Shown here one piece after another: positions 1-9,919 of a stretch of 64,000 nt of DNA; positions within the stretch are counted from its first letter, which is position 1; every line of letters begins with the position of its first letter. Under the pieces are notes generated by a model. It was not told the DNA's origin, did not search any database, and saw only the letters and a list, made by a program, of their open reading frames with translations. Source of the stretch: a virus. The stretch is from positions 32,001 through 96,000 of the IMG/VR virus record IMGVR_UViG_3300036715_002570; one strand, written 5' to 3'. Position numbers and translations under genes: made by a program.

Positions 1-89
1 ACGTCCAATACCAACTCGCAGAACTGCAGCCATCGGTTTTCCTGATCACGTCAGATAATCGGTACGATCTGGCACAACTATTTGCTTGT

Positions 90-686
90 GTGCAGGAGTT
101 CTACGAGAGTTCCGATCCGCAATGGAAAGGTAAACACTTCCCCCGTGAAGTGTTTGAACGTTGGTACGCACTGAATCAATGCGAAGACCACATCTTCTCG
201 TATCCAATGGATTGGAGTGGATTCAACGTACCGAGTTGGGCGATAGACGAGTTCTATAAGCAGTCGCCGTATAACACCGATAACAACTTCTACGACAGAA
301 TGATCAAGCACATTGACAGCTTGATTTCTGAGCGTATAGGCGTTGACATCCCGTACTACCTCATCGGGACTCAGTCAAACGATTTGGAAACGCTGGATCA
401 CGAGATCGCTCATGGGTTGTACGCAACGTCTCCTGGCTACAAAATGATGATGGATGAGCAGATTGGCAACCTGCCAACACGGACTCGCAACCGCCTCGCA
501 AGTGTGCTAACGAACATGGGATATGCTGAATCAGTGCACGATGATGAGATCCAGGCAAACTTTGCCACGGGATTGACGTCGTACTTTAAGGGCTTTCAGC
601 GGTTCTGTCCACCATTTATTGAGGCGTTTGAGCAATACCGCCAACCATTCAATCCAGACTTCACGATAGTCCATCCTTGCCCATAA
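90..686 (+). CDS. hypothetical protein with zincin-like HExxH motif (reading frame may start upstream of the window)
   Basis: ORF containing DHEIAH followed by a downstream DEIQA. Confidence 0.6.
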   Translation: MQEFYESSDPQWKGKHFPREVFERWYALNQCEDHIFSYPMDWSGFNVPSWAIDEFYKQSPYNTDNNFYDRMIKHIDSLISERIGVDIPYYLIGTQSNDLETLDHEIAHGLYATSPGYKMMMDEQIGNLPTRTRNRLASVLTNMGYAESVHDDEIQANFATGLTSYFKGFQRFCPPFIEAFEQYRQPFNPDFTIVHPCP

Positions 687-689
687 ATA
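682..689 (+). promoter_or_regulatory. T4-like late promoter motif CATAAATA (representative copy)
   Basis: Same motif just upstream of genes at 3559, 10603, 17062, 17983, 22626, 23896, 36738, 46372, 47892, 59233, 62171 (+) and 12451, 35056, 51970 (-); resembles the T4 gp55 consensus TATAAATA. Confidence 0.75.
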
Positions 690-713
690 TCCACTCACAC
701 AGTGGAGACTGGC

Positions 714-956
714 ATGAAACTATTTGAAATCTTGAACGAAATTGATGCAGGTGATCTGTATCTGGCACATATGGTCGATGATCGCCGCAACCGTGGTGAG
801 CGTGATCGCAACTCTTACCTAACAGGCTTCTGGTTGATCGATCCGACGTCCGGTAAGAAGATTACCGGACCGTTCAAAGATAAGGAAGCAGCACTGCGCT
901 TCAAGGCCAATCGCCCTGATAAGGTCCCTGCAAACGCTGTTGTAAAACCTCTGTGA
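714..956 (+). CDS. small late protein, probable virion internal protein
   Basis: GGAG RBS, late promoter, N-terminus MKLFEILNE. Confidence 0.6.
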   Translation: MKLFEILNEIDAGDLYLAHMVDDRRNRGERDRNSYLTGFWLIDPTSGKKITGPFKDKEAALRFKANRPDKVPANAVVKPL

Positions 957-965
957 AAGTTTTAC

Positions 966-1046
966 GTCCCCATGGCTTAGGTAAATAGGTACAGCCAAAC
1001 CTCTTAAAAGGGTTCGCTTTTGTCGGTTCGAATCCGACTGGGGATA
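966..1046 (+). tRNA. tRNA-Leu(TAA), short variable region, long D-loop, no encoded CCA
   Basis: Acceptor GTCCCCA/TGGGGAT; anticodon arm AACCT-CTTAAAA-GGGTT; T-arm GTCGG-TTCGAAT-CCGAC. Confidence 0.8.
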
Positions 1047-1050
1047 CAAA

Positions 1051-1353
1051 ATGAAAAAACAAACACCCGACGTACGACAGCTCGTGTACGTCGTGCAAGA
1101 TTATGATCAGCAATTGTGTGGCGTCTACACCACACTGCGGCTAGCAGCAGAGCGCTACCAACACATCGTAGATCAAGACCTGACAAAGGAAGAGATCGAG
1201 ACGATGATTGAAGAATATGGCGAAGAGTTTCGCTCTCAATTCGAACGGGCTCCCTGTATCGTTGTCTACCGACTAGACACAGGATGGATCTGGTCATACG
1301 ATTCCTTGCACGAAATCAAACATGCTCTTGAGGGTGGAGAGCAATACGACTAA
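1051..1353 (+). CDS. hypothetical protein
   Basis: ORF in gene-dense + strand array. Confidence 0.6.
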   Translation: MKKQTPDVRQLVYVVQDYDQQLCGVYTTLRLAAERYQHIVDQDLTKEEIETMIEEYGEEFRSQFERAPCIVVYRLDTGWIWSYDSLHEIKHALEGGEQYD

Positions 1354-1361
1354 GGAAGACA

Positions 1362-1679
1362 ATGGCTATCGAAGCAACGAGCGAAACGTTCGAACAAGAA
1401 GTACTAAACAGTGATCTGCCCGTACTGGTTGATTTTTGGGCACCGTGGTGTGGACCGTGCAAAGCACTAGCGCCAACGTTTGAAGCGGTTTCTGCTGACT
1501 ATGCAGGGAAGGTCAAATTCGTCAAGGTCAACGTTGACGAGACAGACCTTGCAAGTAAATATGGCGTCCGTGGCATCCCTGCGCTGCTGGCGTTCAGGGG
1601 AGGCCGGGTACAAGCGTCGAAGTCCGGCGCCGTTAGCAAGGCAGTGCTAACGCAACTTGTGGATGCTCAGTTGCTATGA
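1362..1679 (+). CDS. trxA: thioredoxin
   Basis: VLVDFWAPWCGPCK active site, GIP cis-Pro loop, 105 aa. Confidence 0.95.
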   Translation: MAIEATSETFEQEVLNSDLPVLVDFWAPWCGPCKALAPTFEAVSADYAGKVKFVKVNVDETDLASKYGVRGIPALLAFRGGRVQASKSGAVSKAVLTQLVDAQLL

Positions 1680-1936
1680 TCGAACAAAGCCCCGTGTTCT
1701 ACTATATGTCGTTTGATGAGATCGTTACAGATTTGATGCTGTACAAGATGTCAGAGGCAACAAAGCGGTACCTCAGGGGGCAGTCGGATCAAGCACAGGA
1801 AGTTGCGCGAGTAATGTTTCCCCTGATTAACAACTATTACAGGTTGACGGATCAGGCCAATACGCACACAAACGATATCCTACCGTCTGTGTTCTGTCAG
1901 AAGATATTTCGAACGATCTGGGGTCGTCTCCAATAA
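1676..1936 (+). CDS. hypothetical protein
   Basis: ATGA overlap with trxA. Confidence 0.6.
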   Translation: MIEQSPVFYYMSFDEIVTDLMLYKMSEATKRYLRGQSDQAQEVARVMFPLINNYYRLTDQANTHTNDILPSVFCQKIFRTIWGRLQ

Positions 1937-1992
1937 CGTTGATCGTCACTTCAAACGGTTATACGGTTACTTGACGGAAACTGTTTAGGATA

Positions 1993-2286
1993 ATGATGAG
2001 CAATTTCAATTTCGATGAATGGGCTGAACTGTACCGAACAGACCCCCGCGCCTTCGACAAGAAGCGCCGTGAGGCAACAGATGCAGCAATTGCGAGCGCA
2101 CCGGAGCATCTTCGTGCCAAGTTGCGCGAAACACAAACGCAATGTGATGCAATTCACACAACACAGCCGGGCCGCGAAGGTGCATCACGGATGTTCGCAA
2201 TGATGCATGACAGTCTGTTGGACATGCAAAATGCGTGGTACGATCTCGCATTCGCCCACCGCGAATTGGCAGCCGTTGCCAAGTAG
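1993..2286 (+). CDS. DUF3135-like protein
   Basis: FDEWAELYRTDP.AF...R N-terminal pattern recalled from DUF3135. Confidence 0.6.
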   Translation: MMSNFNFDEWAELYRTDPRAFDKKRREATDAAIASAPEHLRAKLRETQTQCDAIHTTQPGREGASRMFAMMHDSLLDMQNAWYDLAFAHRELAAVAK

Positions 2287-2325
2287 GTTGAAAACGGCTA
2301 AGGTATTTGACTAAATACCAAACAT

Positions 2326-2416
2326 GGATGGTTAACCGCACAGGCGTGCGGCACTGTTTCGAAAACAGTTGGAGTCGGCTAGAACCCGGCTTGGGGATCA
2401 AGACCTCAGCCATCCG
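2326..2416 (+). tRNA. tRNA-Ser(CGA)
   Basis: Acceptor GGATGGT/GCCATCC; ACTGT-TTCGAAA-ACAGT; long variable arm; atypical T-loop ATCAAGA. Confidence 0.8.
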
Positions 2417-2492
2417 CATAAGGTGAACCACACCCGGCAATTAGAGCCTCAAGTGTCGTACCTACTCATAACTATACTCAGGGGAGACTCTG

Positions 2493-2753
2493 CTGCGTCC
2501 AGACCATGATAAACTCTTTCACGAGCCAGAACGAGCTGGCTCCTCTAACGGTTACAACAACGTTCGTACCCGTCGCGCGTACGAAGAACGTTTTGATGAT
2601 CGATATTACGACGGCGTGTTGTCGCCGTCGATGATTGGCTCTGTTGCCCGTGAGGGCATGTGCCTCCGCCACAACTGACATTGGAGCGAGGACAAGGGCC
2701 AGCGCTACAACACCAACGCAATCCGTGGCTTGATTCATAAGAACGTTGACTGA
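2493..2753 (+). pseudogene. truncated ORF with CTG start and in-frame TGA at 2676
   Basis: GGGGAG RBS at 2481; protein-like translation LRPDHDKLFHEPERAGS...CLRHN*HWSEDKGQRYNTNAIRGLIHKNVD*. Confidence 0.45.
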
Positions 2754-3110
2754 CCCTATCCGCTTCCGGATAGTTTGCAATAAGGAGATTCACATGCTTT
2801 GTTGCAAATGCCAGTCCCGCCTGTCGCTGAACTTGGAGAAGTTGAAGCTGATGAATAAATACACCTCTGCGGAGGTGCAGCGTGACAACAGTGCGTACAT
2901 ACATCCGTGCAGTTGTGCACGGACATGAGACAGTAGTATTTGAAATTCCAGCATGGAAACCAGGCGTCTGGATTCATTTGTCGAAGAGGGATGTACCACC
3001 AATTGAACGAGCACATTTACACCCTGGATTCAGGTGTAACGTGACGATCAACATTGACGCAGAAACACCAGACCAACTTCATATCCGTGATTGGGGTTTG
3101 GATTGAGCCT

Positions 3111-3186
3111 GTCCCCATAGTTCAAATGGACAGAATAAGACACTCCTAAGGTCAAGATCCGAGTTCGAACCTCGGTGGGGGCTCCA
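3111..3186 (+). tRNA. tRNA-Arg(CCT)
   Basis: GTCCCCA/TGGGGGC acceptor, loop CTCCTAA, T-arm CCGAG-TTCGAAC-CTCGG, CCA end. Confidence 0.85.
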
Positions 3187-3446
3187 AACATGAAAAAGTA
3201 CATCACGGTAATCAACCCACAAGGCGCCACTCTAGATGGGGTGTTTGTTCCGATTAGCCACAGAATCCTAATTGAGGGAACAACCATGCATGGGTATGAG
3301 AGTACTGCAAAGCTGTTCCCCACATATCAACAGTTTGCTGATTTTGTCAGCCAAGCTGCGCGATCTCCATCAGGTACGACTGGGACCGTGCGTACCCTCA
3401 GTTGGGAAGTTGCCGACGCGTAAAGCGTCATATATACTTGAATCAT

Positions 3447-3532
3447 GCTGGTGTCGCATAGCGGCTATTGCACCGGTCTTGTAAGCCGGCAGGGAAACCT
3501 AATCGTGAGTTCGAGTCTCACCGCCAGCACCA
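3447..3532 (+). tRNA. tRNA-Thr(TGT) with long variable arm
   Basis: GCTGGTG/CGCCAGC; CCGGT-CTTGTAA-GCCGG; extra arm AGG-GAAA-CCT; CCA end. Confidence 0.85.
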
Positions 3533-3581
3533 ATTTATGGTAGATCAACCGACTGAGTCATAAATATCCCCAGGAGATTTT

Positions 3582-4223
3582 ATGACCAGCGCTTACCATC
3601 AAATACAACAACACGACGAGTCTATCATCATCGGGATGATGCAAGATGGGCAGTCAAACACTGCAATCATCACCACTCTGGTGAATGAAAAAGCGGCAAG
3701 CGATCCACGAATTCGCAAGTACGTAACCACGATACGAGATCGAGCCGGCATTAAGGCTAAGCGACTACGTCACGCATACGCAGTTGACGATGTTCGCAAC
3801 GCTGTGGCTGCATCCATGTGTATGTCCGACGTCCTTCGCATACTGGGGTTAGCTACCCACGGCGGCAATGGTGAAACAATTCACCGACTGATCTGTGATC
3901 ATGAAATTGACATCTCTCACTTTGACGTCAACTACAGCCGGACCCGCAACCGTCGGCAGTGGACTCGAGAAACTGTGTTTGTTCAGCACTCCAAGGTGCC
4001 ACGACCAACCCTCTCTGGCTACGTGAAGCGGTTCAACGCACTTGAATACAAGTGTACCGGCTGTGGAAATCCCGGTGAGTGGTTGGGTAAACCTATCACG
4101 CTAACAGTTGATCATAAGAACGGCGTGAGTGACGATAATCGCATTGAAAATTTACGTTACCTCTGCCCTAACTGCCATGCACAGACAGATACATTTGGCA
4201 ACAGGAATAGAACCACTAAATGA
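3582..4223 (+). CDS. HNH homing endonuclease (paralogue 1 of 3, tRNA-associated)
   Basis: CxxC...LTVDHKNGVSDDNRIENLRYLCPNCH; own late promoter at 3559. Confidence 0.9.
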   Translation: MTSAYHQIQQHDESIIIGMMQDGQSNTAIITTLVNEKAASDPRIRKYVTTIRDRAGIKAKRLRHAYAVDDVRNAVAASMCMSDVLRILGLATHGGNGETIHRLICDHEIDISHFDVNYSRTRNRRQWTRETVFVQHSKVPRPTLSGYVKRFNALEYKCTGCGNPGEWLGKPITLTVDHKNGVSDDNRIENLRYLCPNCHAQTDTFGNRNRTTK

Positions 4224-4240
4224 CTAACAAACGTTGACGA

Positions 4241-4708
4241 ATGACCCGAATCAATCTTGTCGATCCTGTTGAACTAACAGACCAACACCTGATCGCTGAG
4301 TACCGCGAAACGCGCCTGTTGACAGCGAACATGCGTAAGTCGTTTAGGCTGACGGGGTACGATAAGCAAAAGATCCCGAAGCAGTTTACGTTGAATGCAG
4401 GGCACGTAACGTTCTTCAAGAACAAGGGCCCGTACATCTCCAATCGGTATCACAAGTTGATCTACGAGATGGAAAACTGTTGGTTTACCCCCACGTACAC
4501 GTCAATCGATACAACTGCGTGGCCAGCCAATTGCTTCAACGACTGGACACCTACAGAGCGTGACAAACAAATCGTCCGTGAGCGAATCGCCTTGCGGATA
4601 TCGGCTAAACCGTTGTGGTATCGGTACTACAGCAAACCTCTCGGAGAACTCTATGACGCGCGTTGTCGAATGTCCAACCTCAGCTCTACAGCTCCTGCAC
4701 GAACCTGA
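4241..4708 (+). CDS. denV: pyrimidine dimer DNA glycosylase / endonuclease V
   Basis: MTRINL...L.DQHLIAEYRE...IPKQFTL.AGHV.FF, as in T4 DenV. Confidence 0.92.
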   Translation: MTRINLVDPVELTDQHLIAEYRETRLLTANMRKSFRLTGYDKQKIPKQFTLNAGHVTFFKNKGPYISNRYHKLIYEMENCWFTPTYTSIDTTAWPANCFNDWTPTERDKQIVRERIALRISAKPLWYRYYSKPLGELYDARCRMSNLSSTAPART

Positions 4709-5171
4709 TAATCGGTACGTGTTCCTTGCAGGCGGAATCTCAGGATGCCCCGACTGGCAGAAGGAGATGATCGCTCGCTTCAAGGGCGTTGATGATCACC
4801 TCGTGCTCGTCAATCCACGTCGTGCCTCCTTCGATATTACCAACCCATCAGAGAGCGATTTCCAGATCGAATGGGAGGCAACGCATTTGCATATGTGCGA
4901 TGCTGCGATCTTCTGGTTTCCGTTTCACACACTGTGTCCGATTACGCTGTTCGAAATTGGCAAGCATGCAGAACAGGGAATGACGCTATTCGTTGGCTGC
5001 CATCCTGCATATGCCCGTGCGTTCGACGTGCGCAAGCAGCTATCTCTGATGCGTCCGGATATCGTCGTGCATGACAGTTTCACCCCGTTGGTGGAACAGA
5101 CGATTGACTGGTATCATCGTTCTGTTGATGAGAACCGATTCATCGCTGAGTCAGTTGGTGGCAACACTTAA
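4653..5171 (+). CDS. nucleoside 2-deoxyribosyltransferase-like protein
   Basis: VFLAGGI..CPDWQ, NPRR, QIEWE, CPITLFEIG motifs. Confidence 0.8.
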   Translation: MTRVVECPTSALQLLHEPDNRYVFLAGGISGCPDWQKEMIARFKGVDDHLVLVNPRRASFDITNPSESDFQIEWEATHLHMCDAAIFWFPFHTLCPITLFEIGKHAEQGMTLFVGCHPAYARAFDVRKQLSLMRPDIVVHDSFTPLVEQTIDWYHRSVDENRFIAESVGGNT

Positions 5172-5570
5172 ACAGGCTTAGAGGAAGTTCGGGGCTACAC
5201 AGAGCAAGACTCGGCGCTCTGTGGGAGACACCATGTGCACTTACGGAAGCCGTCCTTGAGACGAGTTGACCTTCCAGTGCCTCGACAGTCGGGTAGAATA
5301 CGCTAGTGCTCTGAGCATGAAGGTCGCAATAGGTTGGTAGCCGCCGCGATCAGTTCCCTCGAGTAGGCGTACCTATCTGGACAACATGCCGTTCGCGGGC
5401 CGGGAGGTGCGGTCGTTTGTACCACAACGTTGACTGTAGCAAGCCAAACAGATCCTGCTGACGTTGCTCGCCGAGGGATCGGGTTGGTGCAGCTGCCTAT
5501 AAACGGCAGCCAGGTCGTAAGGCCTGAGATGAATGATGAATTAGAAACAGGACTCCGGCTATGAGTTCTC
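5130..5570 (+). ncRNA. rnpB: RNase P RNA (bacterial type)
   Basis: GAGGAAGTTCGGGGC (CR-I), TAGCAAGCCAAA, AGATGAATGAT, ACAGGACTCCGGCTA (CR-V); P1 GAGAAC/GTTCTC, P2 ATTCATC/GATGAAT, P3 TGAGTC/GGCTTA. Confidence 0.88.
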
Positions 5571-5984
5571 CGCGACACTGCTAGCGCTCAAATATTGGAT
5601 TGCACTTTCCAGTATTTGGGCGTTATCTTTTGCCAAGCCCAACATTACATTGCAGTTTCGACAGAGGATTCCACGCACAGCTCCGGTAGTGTGGCAGTGA
5701 TCGACGGCAACCAAATTGGATGTGATGGGCGCTAGCTTGTCTTTGCATATAGCACACTTACCATCTTGATCAACGATCATTTGCTTTTTGTGCTCTAACG
5801 TAATGCCGTACTTCTGCTGAAGGCGCTCACACGGCGTCATTCGTCTTCGATTCGGATGTGATTTCGACCATGCTCGCGATTTGGCCTTAGCGCACTCCTT
5901 GCACTTTGAATGGATGACCCCTTCTTTTGACTTGTAGAAATCTGGTTCTGGCTTGATAGTAGCACATTGCTTGCATTGTTTCAT
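5559..5984 (-). CDS. endonuclease VII-type HNH homing endonuclease
   Basis: Q.GKCAIC...VDHCHTTGAVRGILC..CN..LG. Confidence 0.88.
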   Translation of the reverse strand: MKQCKQCATIKPEPDFYKSKEGVIHSKCKECAKAKSRAWSKSHPNRRRMTPCERLQQKYGITLEHKKQMIVDQDGKCAICKDKLAPITSNLVAVDHCHTTGAVRGILCRNCNVMLGLAKDNAQILESAIQYLSASSVAENS

Positions 5985-6020
5985 GCAGCTATTTACATCC
6001 TTAACACACAAGGAAACACC

Positions 6021-6113
6021 ATGTTTCTACTCGGTCTTTTCATCGGTTTCGTTGTCGGTTTTGTGTTTGGTCCCAAGCTGCGGGACGAATACAACTCTGT
6101 TGCGAACAAGTGA
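6021..6113 (+). CDS. 30-aa membrane peptide
   Basis: AAGGA RBS; MFLLGLFIGFVVGFVFGPKLRDEYNSVANK. Confidence 0.6.
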   Translation: MFLLGLFIGFVVGFVFGPKLRDEYNSVANK

Positions 6114-6297
6114 ACGTAAGTGAGCGGTTTTGTCCGCTCACTTACGTTCACCCTTCATATATACGGTTGTTGAGATGATTGCGGATCGCATTTATTGTTT
6201 CAACAACCGTAACGAGAAGTCAGGCCTCATCAAATTCTGACACAACAGCCAATCGGACAGACCGATTGCGTATCAACTATTGCAAAGGAACTTTGCC

Positions 6298-7764
6298 ATG
6301 CTATCTCTGATCAAGTCTCCCAATTTCATCATGGCCCGCGACAGCTACAAGGCTGGTCACTGGCAGGAAATCCCATCCGACATCAAATACGCCGTGTCGG
6401 CAATCGTCCCCCGCAAGCCAAGCAAACGACTGAACATCAACGAAGTCGTCGCTGCCGGTCTCGCCGTTTGTGCGGAGATCCTCGTGAATACGCGGATCAC
6501 GCATGCGATGATCGACGAAGCGGAAATCGAGGCGAATGAACAGGGCTATGAGTTCAACCGTGCAGGCTGGGAGCGAATCGTTACGGAATGTGACGGCAAG
6601 CTGCCGATCGCGATGTACGGCGTTGAAGAAGGCCGCGTCGTGCACCCGCAGACGCCGATCGCGATGTTCACCAACACCAAGCCTGGCTTTGCTTGGCTGG
6701 CGTCCGACATCGAAACATGGTCTCAGGGGATCATCTGGAAGATGTCGTCTGTCGCCAGCGTGTGCCGTGCTGCTCGTCTGAAGATTCGCGCAGGCATGAT
6801 CAAGTCTGGTGCCGATCTGGCATGGCTGGACTACAAGCTGCATAACTTCGGCGACCGTGCAACGACGCCGGAAGACGCAATTATGGCTGGTATCGCGCAC
6901 GCGATGTTGTTCAACGGGTCCGACTGCCTCCGCGCGAACGGGTACATCAAGACGATCTACCACACGAACGAGGCATACCTGTCCAGCGTCGAAGCGACCG
7001 AGCACAGCACGATGTGCATGAACAGCAACGCCGCTGAGAAGGATGACTTCGGTGCGGCAGAAATGGCTGTCACGCGCTTGGAAGCGGTCGTCAAGCGCGT
7101 CAAGCAAAAGTACATCGGTATTCCGCTGATGAGCGCTGTGATTGACACGTACGACAGTCGTCGTTTCGTGCGCGAATACCTCGGCACTCGCCTGAAGGAC
7201 CGAATTCTCGCTAGCGGTGGCAAGTTCGTCGCTCGTCCGGACAGTGGTGATGTCGCTGTTGAACCTGGCCTCGTTGCCAAAGACTGGGAAGACACTGTCG
7301 GTCTTGCCGGCTACACGTCGACCGGCTACAAGATCCTGAACCCCGCTGTTGGTGTGCTGCAAGGCGACGGCATCCGCTTGAACACGATTGATGCAGTGCA
7401 GGAAGGGTTCATGTCCGCAGGCTACAGTTGGGACAACTTCGTGCTCGGCATGGGTCACGGTACGACGAATGACGTGTCTCGCGACGACTTCAGCTTCAGC
7501 ATGAAGGCAATGGCGTTCAGCCGTGATGGCAAGTCGTGGACCCGCCTGCTCAAGGAACCGAAGACTGACCTCAGTAAGAAGTCGCTGAGCGGCCTAATCC
7601 GCTGCGCAGAGACGGTTGATGGTGATCTCGACGTGATTGACATGACGAACGACCCAGCTGGCTACTTCACGTCTACCCCTGGCTGGCGTCTGTACTCTAA
7701 GGACGGTGAACGGCATTACCTTCAGTCGTTCGACGATGTCATGGCGCGAGCGCGATCGCTGTAA
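6298..7764 (+). CDS. nadV: nicotinamide phosphoribosyltransferase
   Basis: DSYKAGH, LHNFGDR, ATEHS, VIDTYD, RPDSGD, LQGDGI motifs. Confidence 0.93.
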   Translation: MLSLIKSPNFIMARDSYKAGHWQEIPSDIKYAVSAIVPRKPSKRLNINEVVAAGLAVCAEILVNTRITHAMIDEAEIEANEQGYEFNRAGWERIVTECDGKLPIAMYGVEEGRVVHPQTPIAMFTNTKPGFAWLASDIETWSQGIIWKMSSVASVCRAARLKIRAGMIKSGADLAWLDYKLHNFGDRATTPEDAIMAGIAHAMLFNGSDCLRANGYIKTIYHTNEAYLSSVEATEHSTMCMNSNAAEKDDFGAAEMAVTRLEAVVKRVKQKYIGIPLMSAVIDTYDSRRFVREYLGTRLKDRILASGGKFVARPDSGDVAVEPGLVAKDWEDTVGLAGYTSTGYKILNPAVGVLQGDGIRLNTIDAVQEGFMSAGYSWDNFVLGMGHGTTNDVSRDDFSFSMKAMAFSRDGKSWTRLLKEPKTDLSKKSLSGLIRCAETVDGDLDVIDMTNDPAGYFTSTPGWRLYSKDGERHYLQSFDDVMARARSL

Positions 7765-7765
7765 C

Positions 7766-7790
7766 ATGAAGGGCCTTTGGGCCCTTCATC
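7766..7790. terminator. hairpin after NAMPT
   Basis: ATGAAGGGCC-TTTG-GGCCCTTCAT. Confidence 0.5.
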
Positions 7791-8155
7791 CGTTTGGAGA
7801 CCACTATGGAACGAAAAACAAGTTGTATTAGCGCGGTCCGACCTGTTCATGATCCTTCGGAAACACATGCTAGAGCTGTTTCCAAATGACAACACGTGTA
7901 ACGTGTCATTTGCGGTGGATGGGAAGCCGCTGGACGTTACCACAGCTGATGTAAAGGTGATCGTTCACATGACGACGTACGAGATTGATCCACAGAAGGC
8001 TCAGCGTGTAATCCCTCGCGGTCGATCGTCTGATTGAATTACGGATTCGAAAATGGTCCAGTGGGTGGTGTAAATGATACGCCGTATGGGTCGCATGGAG
8101 TATGTAAATTTGCAGGTAGGAATAGCGCTGGGCCTGTGTGAAACATCAGTTGCCT

Positions 8156-8978
8156 CTACGGAACGTGAGGATCCGTTTCTGTTAGCGTGCCATCATTAGC
8201 AACCCACAACGGAGCGCCGACTGTGCTCCAATTCCAGTCGGGATTGACGATCGTTGATGTTTGTAAGTCGTCGTACGTCGCCAGATTCAATTGGCCGAAA
8301 TCAGAGAACTTAACAACCTGATACTTGGCCATTGTCTCAAGAGCCGTGCCAGTAACCACAGTTGCGTCAAGACGGACCGGGTTGATCACCGAACCGTCGA
8401 CAAAGAAGTTGCTTTCAGAGGTAAAAAAAAGTGCCGTTGCTCTGGCGAATTGGCACACCTACAGAATCAGTGATAATGTGGCCCACGGCAACATTTGCTG
8501 TGTTTAGGTCAACCTGTGATCCTGCATATGGCTTCGACGGAAAGCCAGCCCCAAGGCCAGCAAACGTTGATGTGTTGACCTTGGCAGCAAATACACGAAT
8601 CACTTCGCGGTAACGCCCGCTGGTAAACACGTACTGGATCGCATTAGTTGTATCAAACCAGTGCTGATCTGGAACACCAGGAATCTGCGATGGACTATAT
8701 ACAGGCTTAACAGTTGTAAATCCAAACGTACGAGCCCCAGTGCGCAGATCAAGATCCCAGTACAGCCAGCAATCTATACTAGACGGAATTGGACCCCACG
8801 CATTGTTAACGTCTGTATCCTCAGTCAACAGGTAATCAGCTGTGCGGTGTGCAAACGCAACATCAACGTGAGAGGTTGATGCACGTAGGGAAACGTACAA
8901 CCCTTGCTTCTGCAAAAACGCTTGTGCACCACCAGAAATTGGGTAAGAGACGATACCCTGACGGAAATTGATTCGCAT
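8156..8978 (-). CDS. virion structural protein, frameshifted at an A8 run (~8423-8430)
   Basis: MRINFRQGIV N-terminus, late promoter GTATAAATA upstream; frames 8415-9002 and 8156-8458 join as GTFF|TSESNFF if one base is removed. Confidence 0.6.
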
Positions 8979-9079
8979 TTGAACCCCTTGTTGAGATGTC
9001 ATATTTATACAGCGGCCGGCAAGTTGATCTGTGCGAATCGTATCTGTATAGTGATCAAATCTAGACTCAAGTAACCAGC

Positions 9080-9919
9080 ATGGCCTTCATCGACATACAT
9101 ATCGTCCCGAAGTTGAACGCGACAGATGACCCAAAAGTACTCGGCGCGATCTCTGTGATCGAGAACCTTGCCAACCAGCTTGGGGTTCCTGTCGTCCCAG
9201 AACAATCAGTGAATAGTGGAACACTATGTATCGCCGTCGGCGGTGACGGGACGATGATCGAAGCAATGCGTCGCGCTGCTCGATCCCGAGGATGGGCCCT
9301 AGGGATTAACCTTGGCCACATCGGCTTCTTGACTGACTACACAGCAACCTCACAGCTGCATGAGCAGTTGCGTGATGTGATCTTCAACCTCGATGAAATG
9401 CATCAGAGTGACTTCATGAGCTTCGAACGCCGAGCGGTATTGGAGAACTCTCTCGTTGACCGGCTGGCAATAAACGACGTGTCAATCTCGTCGCTCGCCT
9501 CCGATGAGATGATCAAGTACCAACTACTGATTGACGACCATAATGCAGGGATTCACCGAGCAAACTCATTGTTGGTGTCGACAGCGACAGGATCAACAGC
9601 GTACTCCCTGTCGGCTGGTGGAGCACTATTGATGCCCGGCATGCAATCGATCCAGGTTGTGCCAGTCGCCGCAGCTACGATGACGTCTCGCCCCCTGATC
9701 GTCAGCAGTCGTTCAAAGGTTACTGTCCGCGTGTTTGGACAGGGGGTTTCGGTTCGCGTGGATGGCCAACGTGTGTTCTCGAGTGAACAATCGTATACGA
9801 AGGATGCTCCGTTTGAAGTGGTTGTCAACCGGTATTCGCAAGATGTTGCTGTGATTCACCCGAAGGGCTGGAACTTTTTTGACATGCTGTCTATGAAACT
9901 TGGGTGGATCAAGGAATGA
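9080..9919 (+). CDS. nadK: NAD kinase
   Basis: GGDGT, GINLGHIGFL, ND, STATGSTAYSLSAGG. Confidence 0.93.
   Translation: MAFIDIHIVPKLNATDDPKVLGAISVIENLANQLGVPVVPEQSVNSGTLCIAVGGDGTMIEAMRRAARSRGWALGINLGHIGFLTDYTATSQLHEQLRDVIFNLDEMHQSDFMSFERRAVLENSLVDRLAINDVSISSLASDEMIKYQLLIDDHNAGIHRANSLLVSTATGSTAYSLSAGGALLMPGMQSIQVVPVAAATMTSRPLIVSSRSKVTVRVFGQGVSVRVDGQRVFSSEQSYTKDAPFEVVVNRYSQDVAVIHPKGWNFFDMLSMKLGWIKE

Noticed and set aside
2420-2790. tmRNA or other large ncRNA
   Set aside because: No tRNA-like 3' end or tag reading frame; better explained as a decayed coding sequence
3533-4240. Group I introns around the HNH genes
   Set aside because: Flanking genes are intact and no P/Q/R/S core elements are recognisable; the endonucleases look free-standing
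6301-7458. Long antisense ORFs (here, 53733-54869 and 42581-43342)
   Set aside because: Shadows of codon-biased + strand genes; no RBS or motifs
8420-8432. Programmed frameshift in the virion protein gene
   Set aside because: The break is in an A8 homopolymer, and a similar single-base excess occurs in NADAR (10295), so sequencing error is the simpler explanation
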